Below, piece after piece: positions 13,033-26,501 of a stretch of 64,000 bases of DNA. The position numbers and the translations under genes are program-made. The notes under the pieces were generated by a model that had not been told where the DNA came from, did no database searches, and saw nothing but the letters and a program-made list of their open reading frames with translations. How positions within the stretch are numbered: the first letter of the stretch is position 1; each line of letters starts with the position of its first letter. This DNA comes from Vicugna vicugna (Eukaryota), in contig MU058844.1 in assembly GCA_013265495.1 (NCBI GenBank), positions 11,306,184 through 11,370,183 of the forward strand, in the 5' to 3' direction.

Positions 13033-14066
13033 GGAGGAGGATCAAGATGACCAAGTAGGAGGACGTGGAGCTCACATCCCTTCACAAATATATCAAAAAT
13101 ACATCTACATGCAGAAAAACTCACAGAAAACCAACTGGAAACTGGTAGATGATCTCTTATACAACAAAAGCTTCAAAAAAGATCTAAAATTTGGAAAAAG
13201 GTAAGGATATCCACTCTCATCACTTCTATTCATCATAGTGTTGGAAGTCATAGCTACAAAAATTAGACAAGTAAAAGAAACAGAAGGTACCCAAATTGGA
13301 AATAAAGAGGTAAAAATGTCATTATTTCCAGATGACATGATATTCTATATAGACTCTACACCAAAACTATTAGAATACATTAATTCAGCAAGGTAGCAAG
13401 ATATAAGACTAATATACAGAAATCTGTTGCATTTCTTTACACTAAAAATAAAAAGAAAGTTAAAAAAAATCCCATTTAAAATTGTATCCAAAAAAAAAAA
13501 AATAACCACTTAGGAACAAATTTAACCAAGGCAGTAAAAGACCTGTACAATGAAAATTCTTGATAAAGGAAACTGAAGATGATTCAAAGAAATGGAAATA
13601 TTTCCCATGCTCTTAGATTGTAAGAATTAATATTGTTAAAATGGAAATACTATCCAAAGCAATCTACAGATTTAATGTGAACCTTATCAAAACACCCACG
13701 AATTTTTCACAGAACTAGAATAATCCTAAAATGTATATGGAGCCAAAAAGACCCAGAATTGTCAAAGCAACCCTGAAGAAAAAGACAAAAGCTAGAGGTA
13801 TAACCCTTCCACATCTCAGAAGCTACAGTAATCAAAACAGCATGGTACTGGTACAAAAACAGACATATAGATCAATGGAACAGAAAAGAGAGTCCAGAAA
13901 TAAACCCACACACCTACAGTCAATTAATCTACAACAAAAGAGGCAAGAATATATAATGGAGAAATACAGTTTCTTCTACAAGTAGCGTTGGGAAGCTTGG
14001 ACAGCTAAATGTTAATTAATGAAACTAGAACACTCCTGCACACCACATACAAAAAAATAAGTCAAC
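13033..14066 (+). mobile_element. L1 5' end (~150 bp) joined directly to ORF2 RT region; 3'-truncated
   Basis: GAGGATCAAGATGACCAAGTAGGAGGACGTGGAGCTCAC is an L1 5' terminus. From about 13184 the sequence is ORF2 (AAGGATATCCACTCTCATCACTTCTATTC; TTTCCAGATGACATG = F-P-D-D-M, a mutated FADD). Confidence 0.88.
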
Positions 14067-15879
14067 TGTCTCACTATTATTTCTATAACTCTACACTGTG
14101 CTTTTATAATGATGTATTTCTCAAGTTAAATTTTGAGTTGTAATTTCCTATCACCAATTATTACATATTATTAGCTCTAATCAGATTTTTATAATGATCT
14201 CATAAAATATGTTGTTCATTAAGAATATTTTTCATTTTAGGAAAATTTTTTAATTTCACTAAAAAAATTTTTTTAAATATACTTTTACACATACGTAGCC
14301 ATACTTGGGAAGACATGAATATAGTAATTTTCATTTGCTTTGTAAAAAGGAAAAAAAAAGAAAAAATTGTAAAAATTTAAATTAAAAAAATAAAAAGAAA
14401 GGAATGGAAGATAATTTTATGTTTAAGGATATAAATAAATTTTTAAAGATGAACCAAAACAACATGAAAGTAAAATCAGAGATAACCAACCACTGAAAGT
14501 ACTACATCCTACTTGAATGTATCAGCAGAAATCTTCCATCATATTTTTCACTAAACTCTACTAATACCAAGTGTTAATAGGGATTTTTGGTGAAAGTTTA
14601 GGAAACATTATACATTGTGTCTCTTCCTGGTCTATCACAAGGTACATTATTACATGAAATGGCTCTGAAAAACTAGCCTATTTAACTTTGCTTAACTTCA
14701 AGCTTTGTAGAGTCATTTTATTATAAAACCCTTGTTGTAAGGAATGCCTATTAGCATACTATCAGGATATTAATGTTCCGCTGAACACAACTTAGGAAAT
14801 GCTTTCCTAAATCTCTATTTAGAGTCACAACTATCTGTGAAATACTTTACATCAAGCGTTTATATTTAGTTTATATAAAGAGTAAGGACACTCAAGCATT
14901 CTTCAGGTGAAATGTCCCAAGTGATTCTTTTTCCTTCCTATGCGGGCTGTCATTTCTGTCGTTAAAGGAGAGTGTTCTAAATATAGAACAGAACTTGTTA
15001 ACCATCAGACCTTTACTCTTAACTATTTACCAAACATCAGGTATTTTTTATTCAAAATATTTTTGGTTCAATTTTATTTTTCGCTGATTACAAAATCAAA
15101 ACAGAACACTAATTAAACACAAAAGAAAGGAAGAAATTAAAACTATCTGAAATACAGACATAACCACAGTTAGTCATGGAGTTACATATTTTTTTCCTTA
15201 GTTATATATATATATATTTTTTTCTTTAATGTACTTTTCCAAAGTACAAAGACCTTTGCTCAACTGAAGTGCTCTCTCCTTCTCTTGCTTTCTTTTCTCT
15301 CATTCTCTTCTTCTCAAATAACCTGATTTCTGTCCTAAAACTAATGAATAATAGTCTCTGAAGGCCAGGGTTTTCATGATTTAACACATTGCATCTTAGA
15401 TGCAATCAATTTAAGCTCATCACGTGGACAAAGCAGGTTTGGTATCAAAGGCAGAGTCCAAGGGAAACACCTTCAGTCAGGCTTCAGCACCAGGGTTAAT
15501 TTTTTTTTCCCTTTACCAAAAGAGCATTTTAAGAGCTCCATTGATCAGTACTCTAGTCCTTTTATTGACTGTCATAAAAGAGCAGGCAGCAATATTTCCA
15601 TCACTGTTGTGTAGCCTTCATTTCATTCATGCGTTTATGCACTCATTTATTCATCCACTTAACTAGAAACACCATCCATTTAACTAGAAAATAAAGATTT
15701 ATGTGCCCTCTTCTAACTAAACTGGATTATACAGCCCTGGGTATAGCATGGTAAATGTGTAGGGGAAAAAGTGAGAAGATAACTATTTGAATTTGGCAGT
15801 GGCTCTCAAGTAAAACAGCAATTAGAGCCAAATACTATTTCATTAATACTATATTTAGTTTAGCAAAGTATTATTTTGT

Positions 15880-18555
15880 GGAAACAGAAAACACGACTGA
15901 AAGCTACACTGAACAGCCTCGTCCATGAGCAGTCCCCCCGGCACAGAGACCTGATGCGAGACATTCCATCTGGGCCCGACCTACGCTCTGCTCCAGCGTT
16001 TCCAGCCCCCATTCACAGACAGCCCTGCTGGCCCAGTGTCTCTGAGAAACATGCTTATTAGTGACCCCACAGGGAGGCCAGCCAAATTCAGTCCAACAGT
16101 AACTCCTAAAATGGACCTGTGGCGTAGCTTCCACCTCTCCCAGCTGTGGTCCAGAAGGAGTCCAACTCATTCACAGACCCACAAGGAGACACATGTACCT
16201 GTGCCTCTGAAGGTAAACCTGCCAGTCTCAGTCCAACTGCAGATCCTCAAACATCCCTGTAACCCAGCTCCAGCCCTCCCAGTCATGGTCAGAGAGCACT
16301 AGCAGGAGATGAGCCCATCTGTGCCTCTACAGCAAGGTATGCAGACCTCAACCCCGGCTGTGGACCCAAAGTAGCCCTGGGATTCAGTTCCAGCCCCTCC
16401 CAACCATCATCTGGATCCAGTCTTGCTTACTCAGGGAAATAGCCAGTGACTTGACAGGAGCCCTCCCAGCTAACCATCAGGACACCACTTGTCTGTGCAC
16501 TGGTAAAAGGCCTGGTATCTAATGATCCAACTGCAGACCCTGAAGTGAATCCTTCTCCCAGTGCTACCCTCCCGAATAAGGTCTTGGAGGTAGTCCCATT
16601 CACCTAGAGACCACACAGGATCCAGGTGATCCCAAACCCCTTGTAACACAACCCTGCCAACCATCAATTCCACCGCAGACTCAACAACAGCTTCATTTAA
16701 AGCAAATATTAATAGAACTAATGAGAGGAATAAACAGCAATATAATAATAGTGAGGGAACTCATTATCCATTTTTAACACTGGAAAGATCATCCAGAATG
16801 AAAATCAATAAAGAAACAGTGGACTTGAGTAACACTGTGGACCAAATGGACCCAATGGACATACACAGAACATTATGTTCAGAAGGACCAGAATATACAT
16901 TCTTCTCAAGCGCACATGGAACATTCTCCAGGATAGATTATATGTTGGGCCATAAAGAAAGTCTTAACAAACTTAAGAAGACTGACTGCACATCACAGTG
17001 AGCACAATGGTATGAAATTAGAAATCAGGAGCAGGAGGGAAATTCACAAATGCAAGGAAACTGAACATCATACTCCTGAACAATCGACAGGTCAAAGAAG
17101 AAATCAAAAAGTAAATCAGAAACACAGCACACCAAAACATACGAAATGATGCAAAAGCGTTTTTAAGTGGGAAGTGAGAAATGCCTATGGTAAAAGAAAA
17201 AGTATCTCAAGTAAACAACTGACTTTACACCTCAAGGAACCTGAAAAAGACACATAAACTAAGCCCAAAGACAGAAGAAGGAAAGAAATAACAAAGATCA
17301 CAGCAAATTAAATGAAACAGAGACTAGAAAAGACAATAGGAAAAAAAAATCAATAAACTTGGGGGTTTTTTTTGAAGAGATAAAATTGACAAAATTTTAG
17401 CTAGCCTAAGCAAGAAAAAAAAAAAGCAACTCAAATAAATAAAGTTATAAATGAAGAAAGATATATTGTAACTAATACCACAGAAATGGCTACAAATTAT
17501 ATATCTGATATGGGTTAATATCCAAAATATATAAAGAACTCATACAGCTTAATAGCAAAGAAGCCCCAAATAATATGATTTAAAATGGGCAAGTGACCTA
17601 AATAGACATTTTTCCAAATAAAACATACAAATGCCCAACAGATACATGAAAAGGTGCTCAACCTCATTAATCACCAGGGAAATGCAAATCAAAACCACAA
17701 GAGGTTATCATTTTAAATCTGTTAGAATAGCTATTATCAAATATACAAGAGATAATAAATGTTTGAGAGGATATGGAGTAAAAGAAACACTTGTGCACTA
17801 TAGATGGGAAAGTAAAATGGCCTAGCCCAGAAGACAGTATGAAGATTCCTCAACAAATTAAAAGCAGAACTACCATATGATCCAGCAATTCCACTTCTGA
17901 GTATATGTCTGAGGAAATCAAATCACTATATTGAAGAGATATTAACACCCCCTTCCATGTTTATTGCAGTATTATTTAAAATAGCCAAGACATGGAAACA
18001 ACCTAAGTGCTGAATGGATGAATGGATTAAGAAACTGTGGTAGATATATACAATGGAGTATTATTTAGTCATGAAATGGAAGGAAATCCCACCAATTGCA
18101 ACAGCATCGATGGACCTTGAAGGCATTATGCTAGGTGTAGTAAGTGAGACAGAGAAAGACAAAAACTACATGATCTTATTTACCTGTGGACCCTACAAAG
18201 GTGAAACTCACGGAAACAAAGAGTAGAGTGGTGGTTCCCAGGAGGTGGGGGTAGGGAAAATGGGAAGGTGTTGGTCAAATGATATAAACTCCTAGTTAAC
18301 GATATTAATAAGTTCTGGGGATCTAATGTACAGCATGGTGACTACAGTTAACAATACTATTTTGTATACTTGCAATATGTTAGGAGAGTAGATCTCAAAT
18401 GTTCTTAACACACAAAAAATTACTATGTGAGGTGATGGTTGTAACTAACCTTATTGAGGTAATCATTTAACATTGTATACATATCTCAAATCATCATGTT
18501 ATACACGTGAAACTCACAAAATACTGTATTCTCAACAAAGTTAAGGGAAAAAAGA
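15880..18555 (+). mobile_element. L1MA8/9-like LINE-1 with two large internal deletions: GC-richer 5' UTR-like repeats, endonuclease segment, ORF2 C-terminus and 3' UTR
   Basis: 15880-16695 holds degenerate CCAGCTCCAGCCC repeats. ORF 16798..17001 (YTFFSSAHGTFSRIDYMLGHK) is the EN domain. ORF 17631..17825 is the ORF2 C-terminus. The 3' UTR ends CTCAACAAAGTTAAGGGAAAAAAG. Confidence 0.88.
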
Positions 18556-19915
18556 AAGTTATATAAAACATCTATAATTTGGGGTAAAGGAATACTTGGT
18601 TAAAACTGGCTTAATTTACGATTTAGAGACTTTCCTACTACTTAAATATATAGTATATATCAATAATTCTAGCTTCAGAAATTATCATGTTAGCAACCTT
18701 GTTAGATAAATACAGTTTTCAATTATTCTAACCCTTTTATAACAAAACATTGATTTAAATATCACTTAGATGGGTATAACTCTCAGTAAAAGTGAAAATG
18801 AGCTTGTGTACAGCATCTGTTTCCCTGAACGGCTGATAATTTTTTACCTTTTTTAACATGTCAAGTAATCCTCAGTTGCGAACTTCGTTAAGTCACAATG
18901 CTCATAGTCTCCTGCCAACTACTTGCTTAAAATTTTGTCTTTTAATTCCCCCAAATTTAGTCATGGAAAGTTTTTATGAGTTTGGAATGGATACTTATTT
19001 CCCCCAAAAGATACCAAAGTCAAACATGAATATCATTTTAGTATTGTTTTCAAAAGTAGGGGACTACAGATGTGAGAGTTCACATTTGCTTTTGCACTAT
19101 TTCTTATACGAGTTATGTTCAAGCAATTTCAGAAACGTTTTAAAGAGGCAAGAAGAAACAGATAAATAATAAATGAAAACCAAAGGGAGAAAAGTTCTAA
19201 GTGCAGATGTAAAAAAAAAATACCATTTGAAGCCTTCAGGAAAAAGAAATTGATCTATTTTTAGTGGCTAGGCATTCTTTTTTAGCCACTTGCAGAACTA
19301 ATAAGCTTAAAAGTTAATCCTCCAGTTTCTTCTAAGTGTTAGCACATTTAACCTAATTCACAAAACGTTCTCAGGTCTGAAGCTATGAACAGATCATTAG
19401 AGACTCAGTGACTTTTCTTCTTGCTAGTCTGATGGCATTGTGATAACCTCCAGTGTCTTCTATAATACAGATTCCAATTTACAAATGCAATACAAAAACA
19501 AAAGCCAGAACAGAAAACAACCTCAGTGTGTTCTATCAATGAAATGCATGATCAGCTTTGTTTAGAACATATATCAAACAATGGTAAGAAGTAAAATTAT
19601 AAGTAAGTTATTTCTTTAAACTCAACCACAGAATAATTTTATATATTGAAAATAAATGAAAAAAAGACTCTTCTTCCCAAAAAAATCAAAAAATGATTTA
19701 AGGGGGAAAAACGAGAAGTAAAAGTCTTGTCTTTGACACCAATTCCATTGTGTTCTCTCTCTCCCTACCCCACACTGCTCCTCCTTCTCCTCCAAGAAGT
19801 GCAGATTCCCTGCGCCCCTCCTCCACTCCAAATCAGTTTATGTCCCAAGATTTTCTTGATTCTCTCTTCTCCATCAATTAAGCTTCCCAATTTAAAGTGC
19901 CATTTTCTAAATGCA

Positions 19916-20090
19916 TCAGTGTGGTATTTCACCAATGCATCTGAGAATCAGAAAAATCCAGGTATTTTTTAAACATATACACAGATCTGGCCTCATCCTA
20001 GATGTGCTGAATCCAGATGTCTGGGAATAAGACCCAGTGTTTGAATAGTTTCCCTAGTGATTCTGATCATCAAGTTTGGGGAGGACCAGG
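19916..20090. mobile_element. MER5-like hAT-Charlie MITE
   Basis: CAGTGTGG...GCATCTGAGAATCA...GCTGAATCCAGA...CCCTAGTGATTCTGAT...AAGTTTGGGAGGACCAG. Confidence 0.65.
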
Positions 20091-20855
20091 TCAATCAGCT
20101 AAAACAGATGACATATTTAAAAAATAAACTCTGAAGGCAATTAATTGCTAAATGTACATTCTTCAGTATCTCATATTTAACCAGGGCATTCAATGGTAAA
20201 ATTCCAAAAGATGGAAATTTTCAGTATTTTTTTGGACTTTTTTTTTTCTTATTTACCACTCAACTATAGAACACCATACCGAGCTTTTCCCAGTTACTGT
20301 ACTAGGCAGTAGAGATATGAAAATAAATAAGATGTTGCCTTTGCAACAATGGAGCTAGAAGCAGAAGATAATAACAAGACACAGAATTTTTAAGCTCAAA
20401 AACAGAAACATGAGCCCAAACTTTGGGAATCAAGAGAAGAAAATAATGTCTCCTTGGGGAGCTTGGGAAAATATTATTTTAAAAGGTGACATTTGAACTG
20501 ATTAAAAGATGAGTAGTTTAGCAAGTGCACAAAGACAAATATTATTAAAGAACGGAAAACTTGTGGAAAGTGCAGCCTGCCTGGGCAGTGAATTGTATAT
20601 CTACTGAGCAGAGAAAGATGATACCGAAAGAATGATTGAAACTTCACTGTGAAGGGATTTCAAAGCCCTGGTAAATGGTTTACTTCTTAGTCTAAAGATG
20701 GATCAGCTAGTATCCATTTGGTTCTAAAGGATAGAAATCTCAAAGAAAATTGTCTCAAGGGGTAGCTAAAGTGGCTGCGTGAACCAGAAATTCAAATGAT
20801 GCCCCGGGGACTCGCCCCCTAACGTCTCTGCTGTCCTTCCCGCTGCTTTTATCTC

Positions 20856-20874
20856 AGGCGCCACCTGGTGGCAA
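20856..20874 (-). promoter_or_regulatory. CTCF binding motif (near-consensus)
   Basis: The minus strand reads TTGCCACCAGGTGGCGCCT, matching the CTCF core CCAC(C/T)AG(G/A)(G/T)GGCGC. It sits in a locally CpG-retaining, non-repetitive context. Confidence 0.75.
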
Positions 20875-21143
20875 GAAAACTCCCAGAGCGTTAGAGCTGC
20901 ATTCTTTCCAGCTGCTAATCCAAAAGTGTCCATTTTCCATAGCTCTCTTCTAAATCCCAGGGTTCTTTCAAGTGGCCAGACTGTTACCAACTGCTCCAGA
21001 GTCTCATCTTCCAAGGTTCCACTCTAAGCAAGATAAGAGTATTTCATCTGTAGCTTATAGTACACATTCCAAGGGTCAATTTGATTGCACCAGCTTTGTT
21101 TACAGTCCCGTCCCCAGCAAATCACTGTGCTGGAAGTTGAGAG

Positions 21144-21162
21144 AGAACAGCAGGGGGCGGAT
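21144..21162 (+). promoter_or_regulatory. Second CTCF-like motif
   Basis: AGAACAGCAGGGGGCGGAT versus the consensus CCAGCAGGGGGCGC, with two mismatches at the core ends. Confidence 0.5.
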
Positions 21163-24100
21163 GACAGATCAAGACTGGCCAAATGCCCATCTAAAAACAA
21201 TCCTGTAGTCAGGGGAATTTGGTGCCCTCGCTGAAAGGGCCAAAAAAATGGGGAATTGAATGCTTAGTATCAGAAACAAACAACATACAGATGACAGAAG
21301 TAAGTAATTCTGGTAGCAACTGAAGAATCAGGGTGAGGAGACACCGATAACAGAGTCAAAACAAAAGATAATAGCCTGAATTAAGTTGACAGCGTTCATC
21401 AGGAGAAATAAAACCAGAAATCATGTATTTAGTAAAATCTGTGGGGCGTGTACAGGGAGAGAGACAGACGAAGTGATGTTAACTCTGGAGTTTCTAACCT
21501 TCTGCCCTAAAATCAGCATTTATAGGCACAAGTGGGCTGATTTTAAAGATACTTTCAGGCTGTAACTCACACTTTCTCCAGATAGTCTCTGTGCTCATAA
21601 AATCCAAATGGGTAGATGCTATAGCTCTCTGGAATAATTAAAACTATGGAAACACTGTGAAACTTACACTAACATCCCCTCACATAAACACACAGGCATA
21701 CGTTTTCTTGGATTTTAATCTATGTGCTGCTAATTAATGCAACGTTAATTAAAATTGTGAGTCTGTGATACTGTTATTGCCATTCCCGCTGATTTTTCAG
21801 CAGAAACCTTTTAAAACATTATTCCTGTGAGCCCTTGAAATGATTCTATATCGGAAGGGCTTTTGTTATTTGATTTTAACTGTTAAGAAATATCCTCAAT
21901 TACAGCTTGAAAGGAGTTTCAGCCAAAGGTATTTTAAACAAATTGGAATTGTTAGAACAAAACTAATTCAAAAACTCTCTCTGCGTGTCCACTTTTAAGA
22001 ATACTAAATATAAAATGTAAATTTTAGATGAAGTTTATCAAAGGATTCTTTAGAAATGGAATTTTTTCCGTCTTGCAGACTCATTAGTCTTTTAACTTGT
22101 TGCTCATTATTAAAGAAGATAGAATGTTTTATACACAATATGCAAGCAATTTAAATTACCTAAATGAATCCCTTTAAGTAGCTGTCATCTGTGTCTGAAC
22201 ATCCCGTCAGAGCAATTCCAGATCCCATTTAACTCTGCTAGTCAGTATTTTACTGACACACCGCTTTCATATTGTCTGCACACTTGAAACTTATTACATC
22301 TAGACTTCATTCACAGAGCATAGGCAGCCAAAGTCTGCTTTGCAGTTATCTGTTACACAAGACATATACTGTCTTGTGAGGAAGCGATGTTTAAAATGTG
22401 TTTTGTGTTGGTTTGAGAGCAACTCCAAGGGAACAGAACAAAGCAGAGCAAAGGAGGGTGAGCTTTAATCATGTTCTTTAGAGTCAGTGACTCACTAGCT
22501 AAAGTAAGAAGGTGGACCAGCTGGGATGAAGGAAGACTCCAAAAAGCTGCAAAGAAACAGGCAATCCCCTGGGTATTTTCATGGGGAGTTCCAGCTACAA
22601 GCAACCCCTGGCACATGAAATATATATCCATCCAGGAGGCAAGCAGGATGGAGACCACAGTCCACATATACAGACAGTTCCTGGCTCTCAGCAAATAAGT
22701 TTCCGCTCTGTCATTGGGGATGGGAGACACAGGGGGCCCGAAGCTCCAGGAAAGCTGAGGGGAGGTTTGGGGCTTTGACTGTATAAATGTTTAGCAGGTT
22801 CACATCTTGGCTGAAATAACTGTAAGCACCAGAAGTACCACAACCTGGGGCTTTCAGTTCCTGAGCCTCATTCATCCTCCTTGTTAAATATGACTGATGA
22901 CAACCACCTTCGTGGGTGACAGTCAACGTAGTCGGCACTCAGTAAGGTGCCAGCTCAAACCAATCAGCACGGAAAATGTGGCCGACAAGAACAGACAGGG
23001 ATCATGAATGCCAGCTTCACATCTGCCCTCCTTCCTCCCACAGCTTCCAGGTGGTGATTACATGAGACGGCTGTGAAAGCTGTAACAGCACAATAGCCAT
23101 GGGGGCTCAAAATATTTGTCTTGTTCTCTTACTTCTTCTCATGCCTTGACTCCAAACACATTCGCTTGTTCTCAGTGGCACCATTCAGAAAGTCCTACCC
23201 CTGGATGAGGGCCTAAAAGGCGTCTGCCCAACTCTAGGGAATAAGGATAAGCAGTTTGTTGCCTGTAAGAAAACCCATGTTACCCATTCTTCTAACTTCT
23301 CTCTATACTCACTCTTTTTAAATTCCCATGAATGACCACCTAAGTACTGATGGTTCCCAAATCTGTGTCTCCAACCCCCATCTCTCCAACTCTAACAGTT
23401 ACACTGATGCCATTCATTCATTCACTCATTGGATAGACAAGTATTTATTTAGCAACTCCTAGGGGCCAGGTCTCTGGGAAGCACTGGTAATGCACTAGTG
23501 AACAAAACAAATAACCCACCCAGACCATGTCCAGAAGCAAGCCTCATCTCTCACCAGAATCAGTGCATTTCCCTGTCTTTCCTGATTTGGTGAATGGCAT
23601 CACCAACCAACCAGCTGCCCCAGTTACAGTCTTGCCTGACATACACTTAACTCCCCCCTCCCCTTAATTTCCAATACCCAACAGGAAAGCAACCTCATCA
23701 ATCATGAGTTGATTCTCCAAAACAATAGTGAATAGTGAATATTTGTGAATATTTGTTACAAGCATACTACTTGATAAGAGAAGGAATACTTGTGTTTCTG
23801 TACCCATTTTAGTAATTTCTCTTAAAAAAAATCTTTGCAACTGTTAGGGTATGGTGCTTTATATTTGAGGATAGACTTTTTAAAACTAAAATAAAAGCAC
23901 ATTTACTTGGCAGACAAGAAAGCTTTTCCTCTTTCGCCTCTTCTTTCAGAGTCCTGAAGCAATACTGCCCTGGCCCTCTGTGCCCTGTTTGGTACCTTTA
24001 ATGACCATTTTGTTACCGATTTCACCTTGAAATGTGTTCCAGAGCAATTGTGACCTCCGACCTCCCCCATCTTCCCACTGAAATGTATGTTTCACTCCTG

Positions 24101-25486
24101 CTAAGAAGCCGCCCACATGTTTTATCTTTTGAAGGTAACGTCTCGGCCTGAAATTTTCTTTGCCATTTTACACTTTATATTTTATCAGGAAGAGGCCAGG
24201 TTCCTGGAGAGAACAGCATTTTTTTTTTTTTTTTTGGCGGTGGTATATTCTACGGGAGTTTGCACAACATCTGAAATTGCAGGCTGAAACACTGGGTCAA
24301 ATACATAGTAGCAACTGCTGGGCTTTGAAAAGCCTTTTTCCCTTTTACTAAAAAATTCTGCAAAGCCCATGCTGTCCTATCAGTTATATTCATTCTCTGA
24401 ATAACTTATATTCAAACTTTTGCTTTATGTTATGGCTCTGAGAATTTCATACATGAAAGAAGGCTTAGGCAGGTCAGAAGAAGTACCTGAACATCTAAGC
24501 CCTAAGACTGTCATTACAAGGCAAAGAACAATATGAAAACTAACGGCTGCCCCATGATTGCAGCTGCATTTATTTCAACCTGTTTTATCACTGCAGCTTT
24601 GTGCTTTTCAGAGCTTTAAAATCAGTACATAATCCTATCAGGATTCACTCATTCATTTAACATCTGTTGACCAAGAATATCCTGGGAGGCTTGAACCAAG
24701 CCCTCTTTTAGGAAAGGGGTAAACAAAACGAAGAAGTCAAGCTTATGGTGCGAAATAAAGAAAAGAATGTGCGTAAAGAGATTATTAAATTTGCTTTTAG
24801 AAAGAGTATCCATCTCACCGAATGAAAACTTACTCTCAGTTTTCTTCAGATCATTATTGCCTTGAATCTCACAGTAGAATACTGGAAAAGGAATCATACA
24901 TACATGGTCTTCCATCACGAGGGAGGACAGTCCCAGAGAAAGGCAGAGTCAGGCTGCTACACGGATCCAAGTGAATTTCGCCACAGTCTTTTAATTTCCT
25001 TGCTAATTCAGTCAATAAACATCACAGACGTGCTTAGAATATAATCAGACACTGTGTTGCTGGGTGAGGCTAGAATTGTAGTTAAAGCAAAAACAGAATC
25101 TGTCCTCAGACAACTTAAGTTATGGCACTCAACAGCGTTTTAAATGAATAAACAAATGGATGACTGCAAAACAGAGTATTTACCTACAGGACATTATGTT
25201 TAGATAATACAGCAAACACAACAGAAGAAGATGGCTGTTATGGAAGGTATAAAACGCACGCAGAACAGTGCCTGGCCCGCAGTAGGCGACACGTGTGTGT
25301 GGAATGAGTGACTACGAATGAGTAAGGAGGCACTGGCTATTGTGAGTTCACAGAAAATGAAGCACCTAAGTTTTGCCAAATAGAGCAGGCATCCCTGAGG
25401 ACGTACCAGGTGAGCTAGATCTTACTTGCCGTGTGGGCTAGGGACGGCCGGTTGGCAGGCTGGCTATGTGAACAGTGTGTGTAAAG

Positions 25487-26501
25487 CAGAGCTACGTAAT
25501 TCCTGGGGTCCAGTGACAAATGAAAATATGGGGCCAGGTCCTTTGTTCAAAAAAAAGGGCAGGAAAGTAGAGGTAAAGGTACTAAAATATAAAGCTTTTC
25601 CTTTCTTCCATGGTCTTTCTCCCACTGGCCATCATGGTTACTAGTTGCTGTTTAACGTCATTCTAAGCAAAGAAAAATTAAAATTCTAAATTATAAGCAT
25701 CAGTTGTACCATTCATCTTTATTTTTACAATATCAGCTTTAAATGAAAATGTAAGAGCATTTAACTCCTATGTGGAATCACTGAATTACACAATTTGTAG
25801 GCCATAGCTTGTAGGTGCATGTAAGTTTGCTCTTACCAGAACAACGGAAGTGCTGCAAAATCTAACTCAGCTGTTTTTATGTCGTTCTGTGATAGGCACA
25901 TGGTCTACCGACACACTCTACTTCTAGACTTCCCAAAGAGTAGGACTGAAAGAAAAAGGAACTGTGTGTTGCCCTATCTTTCCCTTTCCATCTACATCAC
26001 CATTTTCAGCATAAATAGTTGGCTAATACAGGGAAGTAACACAAGTAACAAACGACATGGTAAGATTCCTTGGTTTCCAAGTTTCTCGCAATGCTATTGT
26101 CTCCCTTTTGCATTTAAAGCAAGTTCTGATTCAACAGGAAAGTGTGATCTCTCAGACTATCTGTGTCCCGGCTGACTCAGCTGCAGACTTCATACAAATA
26201 CTGTTCTTGAAGTTGTGCTGAACTTTGACACATTGTGGGTCTGCTAGAACTCTGCACTCACAGGGCAACTCAAATCCTGTGGGTGAACAGAGCAACAAGT
26301 AAAGTTGGACACACATCTATCGATTCTCTACAGTCATGCTCATGCTCCCTTGTCTCTCTGAACATTAATAAAACACATGCTTAAAACTAAAATTATTAAG
26401 ACTTGAGACCACTATAGCACAGCAGTCCATCAAGCACTGGCCCTCTTATGTGTGAGGCCCCATGCAACTGCACAGGTAGCCCACTCACCGAGCATGCTCT
26501 G
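25487..26501 (-). mobile_element. MER45B-like hAT-Tip100 non-autonomous DNA transposon
   Basis: The ends match MER45 termini (CAGAGCTACGTAATT..GGGGTCCAGTGACAAATGAAAAT and GGCCCCATGCAACTGCACAGGT...CTCTG). There is a degenerate 8-bp TSD GTGTAAAG/GTTCAAAG. Confidence 0.85.

Noticed and set aside
15652..15690. Short tandem duplication CATCCA(C/T)TTAACTAGAAA x2
   Set aside because: Two copies only, consistent with an ordinary slippage duplication rather than an array.
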